This document shows positions 26,269-32,000 of a DNA stretch of 32,000 nucleotides, one piece after another. Position 1 is the stretch's first letter, and the number at the start of each line of letters is the position of its first letter. This DNA comes from Acaryochloris marina MBIC11017 (GTDB lineage Bacteria > Cyanobacteriota > Cyanobacteriia > Thermosynechococcales > Thermosynechococcaceae). A program made the position numbers and the translations under genes. Location: NCBI RefSeq assembly GCF_000018105.1, contig NC_009925.1:5220001-5252000 (forward strand), in the 5' to 3' direction. The notes beneath the pieces were generated by a model. It was not told where the DNA came from, ran no database searches, and worked only from the letters and a program-made list of their open reading frames with translations.

Positions 26269-26658
26269 TGGTCAAACCGTCCAGAATTTTGGGTTCATTT
26301 GCCTGTCCTTTGAGGTAGCGGGGTGTGTCTATAAGATATACAGCCACTGACTTTGTCACTCAGTGATAATCGTCAAATGGGGGTGTGATTGTTGTCACTG
26401 AGAAATCAAGTTGCATCACCCCATGGCCTAGAAAGCTCAAGGCATATAAGGCTTTCTGATGACCTATCGTTAGTGCAGAGATGGATATGCATGCCGTCTC
26501 ATGGAGATGGAAGATCTGGCAAAGATTGATCAAAAGCTACTTCGAGGCGTACAGGTATTGCGCCCCGATCCTAAACAAAGCTCCATACCAAATCCCCCTC
26601 ACTTCGCCCAAATTCAGTCATATTTTAATAAATGGATATTGATCAGACTGGAGTTAGA

Positions 26659-27324
26659 ATGGCGCGCAAAATTGGATTTGGTTTGATATGGCTAGGGTTT
26701 AGTTTCTATGCCTTTGTTTTAGCGCCTCCAGATCAGGGAAATTCCCTGGAGTTAATTCAACAACTCGCTACGATGAACTGGGAAGGCATCAATCCCTTTG
26801 TGATTGCCCTGTTTAACCTGATGGGCATCTGGCCCATGATCTATGGAAGCGTCCTGTTGGCTGATGGTTGTGAGCAAAAAATATCAGCATGGCCATTCGC
26901 CAGCCTATCCTTTGCTTTTGGAGCCTTTGCTCTGCTGCCCTACCTGGCTCTCCGCCAATCACCTCAACCTGAGCTAGCAGGAGAAAGCAGCCGCAACTTA
27001 AAGTTTTGGGACAGCCGAGGATTAGGGTTGGGATTATTAGTGGGTGGGGTCGTGCTTATTGCCTTCGGCCTTTCCCAAGGAGACTGGGCCAATTTTGTCC
27101 AGCTCTGGCAAACAAGTCGATTTATTCACGTTATGAGCTTAGATTTTTGTATGCTCAGCCTTGTCTTTCCGGCCATATTAATCGCAGATGCCAATCGACG
27201 GGGTTTATCGATTCAGTCTCCCTTATTTTGGGGAGCTGTGTTAGTCCCATTCCTGGGGCCATTAGTCTATCTATGTCTCCGACCATCTCTTTATGCCAAT
27301 GCTTTACAGACTACGGAAGGTTAA
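26659..27324 (+). CDS. hypothetical integral membrane protein
   Basis: The ORF is open from 26632. ATG 26659 (MARKIGFGLIWLGF...) is preferred because GGAG (26650-26653) lies 5 nt upstream. It has about 6 hydrophobic helices and no family I recognise. Confidence 0.6.
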   Translation: MARKIGFGLIWLGFSFYAFVLAPPDQGNSLELIQQLATMNWEGINPFVIALFNLMGIWPMIYGSVLLADGCEQKISAWPFASLSFAFGAFALLPYLALRQSPQPELAGESSRNLKFWDSRGLGLGLLVGGVVLIAFGLSQGDWANFVQLWQTSRFIHVMSLDFCMLSLVFPAILIADANRRGLSIQSPLFWGAVLVPFLGPLVYLCLRPSLYANALQTTEG

Positions 27325-27352
27325 ATCTTGAGACCTGAATAAACCAGCATCG

Positions 27353-27376
27353 GGGATAGACCAATCTTTCTATCCC
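27353..27376. terminator. 8-bp-stem hairpin between convergent genes
   Basis: GGGATAGA-N8-TCTATCCC abuts the stop codon of the metallophosphoesterase gene, whose first stop-codon base it includes. The flanking T-tract is weak. Confidence 0.3.
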
Positions 27377-28257
27377 TAGGATTGCTGTTCAGCAGGGGCA
27401 GATAGCTGAAAAACTGTGATTTCAGGACGACTCCCAAACCGAACACGAGGGCTAACCATACCTATCCCACGGTTGGTGTATTGGATTAAATCTTCAATTT
27501 GATATTGACCAATGGGATATCGTTTGCCATGGGGGGGCAACACGGGAGCCCCCACAAATGGAATGGCGACCTGACCGCCATGGGCATGCCCAGACAGTTC
27601 TAAATCAAACCGATGGGTGGTGACGGCGGTATCCGCAAAATCAGGTTCATGGGCCAATAAGATCGCGGCTCCTGTTTTGGGCAACTGGGCCATCACCTGA
27701 TCCAAATCGGCGGCCCCTGCCCACACATCATCAACCCCTGCAATATGCAGTTGAGCCTGGTTTCGATGCACCGTATAGACCTGATTACGGAGAGGTTCCA
27801 CGTTACTATTCTGCAAAATTTGCTGGACTGCCTCTGGATCAGACCAATAGTCATGATTTCCCAAAACAGCGACGGTCGGAGCTTCAAAGGTTTTAAATGC
27901 CGCTTCAATGCGAGATGCATATCGCCGAGGAGACGCGGTAACAATATCTCCTGTAATAACGACCAGATCGGGCTGCTGTCGATTAGTTTGGTCAATGACC
28001 TTTTCCAGAAAGGGCTGTGGCATTTGATCGACCACATGCACATCACTGAGCTGCACAATCCGATAACCATCAAACTCTGGCTGCAAATGGGGCAAGACTA
28101 GGGGGACCGTCTTTACCTCTAACCAATAGGGTTCAATCTTATAGGCATACACCGGTAATCCTAGAGCCAGGAAAAATAGGATCAATAAGGTCCAAATCCC
28201 AAAACTTCGCCTTCTGAAAAGTCGTCTTTTAGGCATCTGCCCCAAATCCTGTCCCAT
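27376..28257 (-). CDS. membrane-anchored calcineurin-like metallophosphoesterase
   Basis: Motifs seen: DVHV, GDIV, GNHDYW and GHAHGGQ, with an N-terminal TM helix (FGIWTLLILFFLALGL). ATG 28257 or 28236 is preferred over the ORF-track start at 28380, which would add an improbable Trp/Cys-rich leader. Confidence 0.8.
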   Translation of the reverse strand: MGQDLGQMPKRRLFRRRSFGIWTLLILFFLALGLPVYAYKIEPYWLEVKTVPLVLPHLQPEFDGYRIVQLSDVHVVDQMPQPFLEKVIDQTNRQQPDLVVITGDIVTASPRRYASRIEAAFKTFEAPTVAVLGNHDYWSDPEAVQQILQNSNVEPLRNQVYTVHRNQAQLHIAGVDDVWAGAADLDQVMAQLPKTGAAILLAHEPDFADTAVTTHRFDLELSGHAHGGQVAIPFVGAPVLPPHGKRYPIGQYQIEDLIQYTNRGIGMVSPRVRFGSRPEITVFQLSAPAEQQS

Positions 28258-28401
28258 CAATTCCTTGCCATCCTTCCCTTCAGAGTAGCCAGATACTCTC
28301 TTTAGATGCGACTTTGCGATCGCATCCCAAAACCAGCACCAATTCCTGTGATAACAAATAGGCATCCCCATTGACCACATCTCTGGGATGACGGAGCAAA
28401 G

Positions 28402-29469
28402 TTAAGCAGAGCGGTGATGGCTGAGCTTCTCTCGGATATCTCCTGGGGCAAACACACCATGCTCCGTAATAATGCCGGTAATCAATTCAGCGGGAGTCAC
28501 ATCAAAGGCAGGGTTATAGAACTCAACCCCTTTTGGACAAATATCCGTTGTCCCAATTTGATAAATTTCCGATGGATGTCGCTCTTCAATCGGAATCCCC
28601 CCGCCATCCGCTAGATCAAAATCAATCGTAGAGAGGGGCGCTGCGACGTAAAAAGGCAAATTGTGGGCTTTAGCACAAAGGGCAACGCTATAAGTACCAA
28701 TTTTGTTGGCCGCATCACCATTCGCGGCAATGCGATCAGCGCCAACCACCACCACATCGATCAGGTTCTGCTGCATACAATGGGCCGCCATGCCATCAGA
28801 GATCAGCGTCACAGGAATCTCTTCTTGTACGCATTCCCAAGTGGTTAACTTGGCCCCCTGCAAACGAGGCCGAGTCTCATCTGCATAGACCCTGGCCAAT
28901 CGACCTGCGGTCCAAGCGGAGCGAACCACCCCCAATGCAGTACCATAGCCTGCCGTCGCTAAGGCTCCAGCATTACAATGGGTCAGAAGACAAAGCTTTT
29001 CCGGATCTTTAGGTAAAACACTGAGGCCATGATCGCCAATCGCCTTGCAAGTGCGGACATCATCCGCCCCAATCTCTTGAGCCGTCGTTAACAGCTGGTC
29101 TTGAATCTGGGAAATGGGGCCTAAGGTTTGGCGAGCCACTTTCAGCATCCGATCTACTGCCCAAAACAAGTTCACTGCCGTCGGTCGGGTGGCTTTGAGG
29201 GTATCACCGACACCAGCCAGTTCACTCAAGAATCCATCCCGATTGTCAGTGGTAACTTCGCAACTTCCTAAGTACATGCCATAGGCAGCAGCCACTCCGA
29301 TAGCTGGAGCACCCCGAACAATCATGGTTTTGATCGCCGTCGCCATATCTTCTGAGCGGCGGATCTCTACAACGCTAAATTGTTGCGGCAAGCGAGTCTG
29401 ATCAATCAGTTCAACGTGGTCGCCACGCCAAACAACAGGGTAAACGGGATTGGCAACCGATGCAGTCAT
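28402..29469 (-). CDS. mtnA: S-methyl-5-thioribose-1-phosphate isomerase
   Basis: 355 aa of the eIF-2B alpha/beta/delta-like family, with MtnA-type segments ([54 protein letters not shown]). Confidence 0.9.
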   Translation of the reverse strand: MTASVANPVYPVVWRGDHVELIDQTRLPQQFSVVEIRRSEDMATAIKTMIVRGAPAIGVAAAYGMYLGSCEVTTDNRDGFLSELAGVGDTLKATRPTAVNLFWAVDRMLKVARQTLGPISQIQDQLLTTAQEIGADDVRTCKAIGDHGLSVLPKDPEKLCLLTHCNAGALATAGYGTALGVVRSAWTAGRLARVYADETRPRLQGAKLTTWECVQEEIPVTLISDGMAAHCMQQNLIDVVVVGADRIAANGDAANKIGTYSVALCAKAHNLPFYVAAPLSTIDFDLADGGGIPIEERHPSEIYQIGTTDICPKGVEFYNPAFDVTPAELITGIITEHGVFAPGDIREKLSHHRSA

Positions 29470-29503
29470 CAGAGTTCAATTTTTGGGAATCAGTGGACAA
29501 GTA

Positions 29504-31411
29504 TTAGGAAACGTAGCTAGGTGCTGGTTTCTGCTTCAGCAACCCTAACACTCTTTCTGCCACTTGAGCAGGGGTAAGTCCCAGCTCCGCTTTGGATTGA
29601 TCCGGTGTGGCATGCTCTACCAATTGATCCGGAACGCCAATGCGGGTCACAGGGGCCATCACTTGATGGTCCATCAGGGCTTCTAAGACAGCCGAGCCGA
29701 AGCCACCGGGTAAACAGCCTTCCTCAAGGGTGACCACTTGGCCAATCTTCTGAGCCAAAGGAATAATTAACTCTGTATCCAAGGGCTTGGCAAATCGAGC
29801 ATTCACCACGGTGGCCCGTACACCATGCTCCGTCAGCATATCTGCCACTTGAGACGCCAAGTTCACCATCGTGCCATAGGCCAGCAGCAAGACATCGTCG
29901 CCATGGCGCAGGGTTTCCGCTTTACCAATGGGTAACGGTTCCCACCCTTCTTCCATTAGGCCTACCCCCAGGCCACTGCCTCGGGGATAGCGCATGGCAA
30001 TCGGGCCATCGGTATAGTTGATGCCCGTCACTAACATTTGCTGCAGTTCGGCTTCATCCTTAGGCGCCATCATCACCATATTTGGGAGGCAGCGTAGGTA
30101 GGCGATATCGTACATACCTTGGTGGGTGGGTCCATCGGCACCGACGATACCGGCCCGATCTAAGCAGAAAAAGACGGGCAGGTTTTGGATGCAGACATCA
30201 TGAATAATTTGGTCGTAGCCTCGCTGCAAAAAGGTGGAATAGATAGCGACAACAGGTCGCATCCCTTCACAGGCCATCCCAGCAGCTAGGGTAACGGCAT
30301 GCTGTTCAGCAATACCGACATCAATATATTGTTTTGGTAGTTTGGCTTGTAATTTGTCTAACCCTGTTCCCGTAGCCATGGCTGCGGTGATGCCCACGAC
30401 CCGAATGTCGTTTTCCGCCATTTTGATTAGGGTTTCGGCAAACACTTTGGAATAGCTGGGTGGCTTGGGTTTGTTGGATGGCTTCGCTTTACCCGTTTCT
30501 AGGTTGAACGGACTTTGGGCATGGTAGCTGACTTGGTCTTGCTCTGCGATCGCATATCCCTTACCCTTCGTGGTGGCCACATGCACCAGCACAGGGCCTT
30601 CATGCAAATGGGCTTCCTTAAAGGTTGCCAGCAACTCCTCCAGGCTATGGCCATCTACAGGCCCTATATAGGTAAAGCCCAGCTCTTCAAATACCGCACC
30701 AACCTTAGACACCGCCAGGCGCTTCATGCCGCCTTTGAGGCGCTTCAAATCGGGAGCGACCTGCTCTCCAAAAGGGAGCTGCTTGAGCTGTTCTTCAAAG
30801 TTATCGGACAAGAACTGAATCGGAGGACTGAGGCGCATCTTATTCAGATAACGAGACATGGCGCCCACATTCGGAGAAATGGACATGTCGTTATCATTTA
30901 AAATCACGAGCATCCGAGTATGAGGGAGGTGACCCGCATGGTTAATGGCTTCCAGAGCCATCCCACCCGTCATCGCTCCGTCGCCAATGACTGCGACTGT
31001 TTTAAAGTTTTCTCCCTTGGCATCTCGAGCCAAGGCCATCCCTAGGACGGATGAAATACTGGTAGACGCATGTCCTGCACCAAAGTGATCAAACTTGCTT
31101 TCCCGACGATTTAAATATCCGGCAACCCCATCTTTTTGGCGTAGGGTATGGAACCGCTCGTATCGTCCCGTAATCAGTTTGTGGGGATAGGCTTGGTGTC
31201 CGACATCCCACACCACTTTATCTTGATCTAAATCTAAGGTTTGATAGAGCGCTAGGGTCAGTTCAACAACCCCTAACCCCGGTCCTAAATGGCCACCGCT
31301 CGTCGCCACAGTGTCTAAATGCTTCTCACGGATCTGATTGGCAATTTGCTTCAGTTCCGAAATAGATAACCCGTGCAACTGGTTAGGGTGGACAATTTCA
31401 CTCAGATGCAT
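29504..31411 (-). CDS. dxs: 1-deoxy-D-xylulose-5-phosphate synthase
   Basis: Canonical Dxs sequence is present ([30 protein letters not shown]). ATG 31411 gives the typical MHLSEI... N-terminus. The ORF-track start at 31432 is a TTG that adds 7 residues. Confidence 0.95.
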   Translation of the reverse strand: MHLSEIVHPNQLHGLSISELKQIANQIREKHLDTVATSGGHLGPGLGVVELTLALYQTLDLDQDKVVWDVGHQAYPHKLITGRYERFHTLRQKDGVAGYLNRRESKFDHFGAGHASTSISSVLGMALARDAKGENFKTVAVIGDGAMTGGMALEAINHAGHLPHTRMLVILNDNDMSISPNVGAMSRYLNKMRLSPPIQFLSDNFEEQLKQLPFGEQVAPDLKRLKGGMKRLAVSKVGAVFEELGFTYIGPVDGHSLEELLATFKEAHLHEGPVLVHVATTKGKGYAIAEQDQVSYHAQSPFNLETGKAKPSNKPKPPSYSKVFAETLIKMAENDIRVVGITAAMATGTGLDKLQAKLPKQYIDVGIAEQHAVTLAAGMACEGMRPVVAIYSTFLQRGYDQIIHDVCIQNLPVFFCLDRAGIVGADGPTHQGMYDIAYLRCLPNMVMMAPKDEAELQQMLVTGINYTDGPIAMRYPRGSGLGVGLMEEGWEPLPIGKAETLRHGDDVLLLAYGTMVNLASQVADMLTEHGVRATVVNARFAKPLDTELIIPLAQKIGQVVTLEEGCLPGGFGSAVLEALMDHQVMAPVTRIGVPDQLVEHATPDQSKAELGLTPAQVAERVLGLLKQKPAPSYVS

Positions 31412-31573
31412 ACCGGAGTCGTCTCCCGTCAATTTGCTTGTTTCGCTATCCTCTACTGTAGTCGATTTCAGGCCGTCGCGTTGATTACATTTTGAGAATT
31501 GATCCCCATCCGCTCAATTTACTCGCCAAGGATTAAAGCCTATCTATGGCAATTTTATGTGAGTGTCGGTTAA

Positions 31574-32000
31574 TTATTCGATCCCCAATAACCGATGATA
31601 TCGAGTCCACCACCGGTTCAACGGGAAATAAACTACCGGAGCCCATAAGCTACTCAGAATCCCAGAACTTAGGGCCGTCTGCCGCAGATGCAGCCACACA
31701 TCCTCTAGACGATGTGTTCCCCCTAAGCCAAACTGAATCGCAGCCACAGCCTCCACCATCAGGGCCATCCCAAATACGATTAGGGCGATGGAGATAAAGT
31801 CTTCCTGGATAAAGCGTTTTTTGTTGATGCGTCCCGTCAGCAACCCCACCAGGGCTAAACCCACCGTATGGGTCGGCTGAGCCGCTGTCAGGCCATCTTG
31901 AATCAGCCCCAGACAAATACCCGCCACAATGCCCTGGAGCGAGGAGCGCTTAATACTCCAGGTCACCACCCACACCAGCAGCCAATTCGGCCCCACCCCT
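31574..32000 (-). CDS. mreD: rod shape-determining protein MreD (N-terminus off-window)
   Basis: A small, very hydrophobic ORF of MreD type (GICLGLIQDG, PLNRWW). The reading frame runs to the window edge, and the apparent start at 31996 is an internal GTG. Confidence 0.7.
   Translation of the reverse strand, partial: GVGPNWLLVWVVTWSIKRSSLQGIVAGICLGLIQDGLTAAQPTHTVGLALVGLLTGRINKKRFIQEDFISIALIVFGMALMVEAVAAIQFGLGGTHRLEDVWLHLRQTALSSGILSSLWAPVVYFPLNRWWTRYHRLLGIE

Noticed and set aside
26501-26686. A 61-aa plus-strand ORF upstream of and overlapping the membrane-protein gene.
   Set aside because: It has no ribosome-binding site, overlaps the next gene out of frame and has unremarkable composition.
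28258-28380. A 41-aa N-terminal extension of the metallophosphoesterase (MWSMGMPICYHRNWCWFWD...).
   Set aside because: It is Trp/Cys-rich and not protein-like. The downstream Met codons precede a normal positively charged segment and a TM anchor.
1-32000. I looked for CRISPR arrays, tRNA or rRNA genes, reverse transcriptase / retron / DGR signatures, TnpB/IscB-type genes and toxin-antitoxin pairs.
   Set aside because: I saw no regularly spaced direct repeats, T-loop-like tRNA signatures, RT motifs or small paired ORFs. A computational scan (tRNAscan-SE, Infernal/Rfam, CRISPR finders) would be needed to exclude them formally.

Overview
This is a cyanobacterial chromosomal segment. I counted at least 13 copies of the HIP1 octamer GCGATCGC by eye, and the window carries a cynABDS cyanate operon behind an NtcA-type promoter. 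Most of it is ordinary core or accessory metabolism. In order: a TldD/PmbA protease pair, a Uma2 endonuclease, purB, cynS plus a cyanate ABC transporter, a REC-AraC response regulator with a PAS histidine kinase, and a glycosyltransferase / DUF547 / XAT-acetyltransferase operon. These are followed by a TVP38 membrane protein, a Ser/Thr kinase, a metallophosphoesterase, mtnA, dxs and the 3' part of mreD. One clear mobile hot spot lies at about 19.99-23.54 kb. There an IS630-family element and an IS701-like element sit side by side inside the left arm of an IS4-like element. I recognised no rRNA, tRNA or CRISPR array. I did not find a convincing multi-gene novel system. The three most unusual items are as follows. 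(1) A window-edge NB-ARC/TPR STAND NTPase has visibly higher GC than its surroundings, and its N-terminal part is probably off-window. (2) The CynA-like binding protein carries a 136-aa Cys/His-containing extension in front of a twin-arginine lipoprotein signal, and the NtcA promoter is positioned for this long form. (3) A single polypeptide fuses a GT2 polyprenyl-phosphate-type glycosyltransferase to a large GT-C-like membrane domain. All functional calls come from motif recognition by eye, not from database searches.
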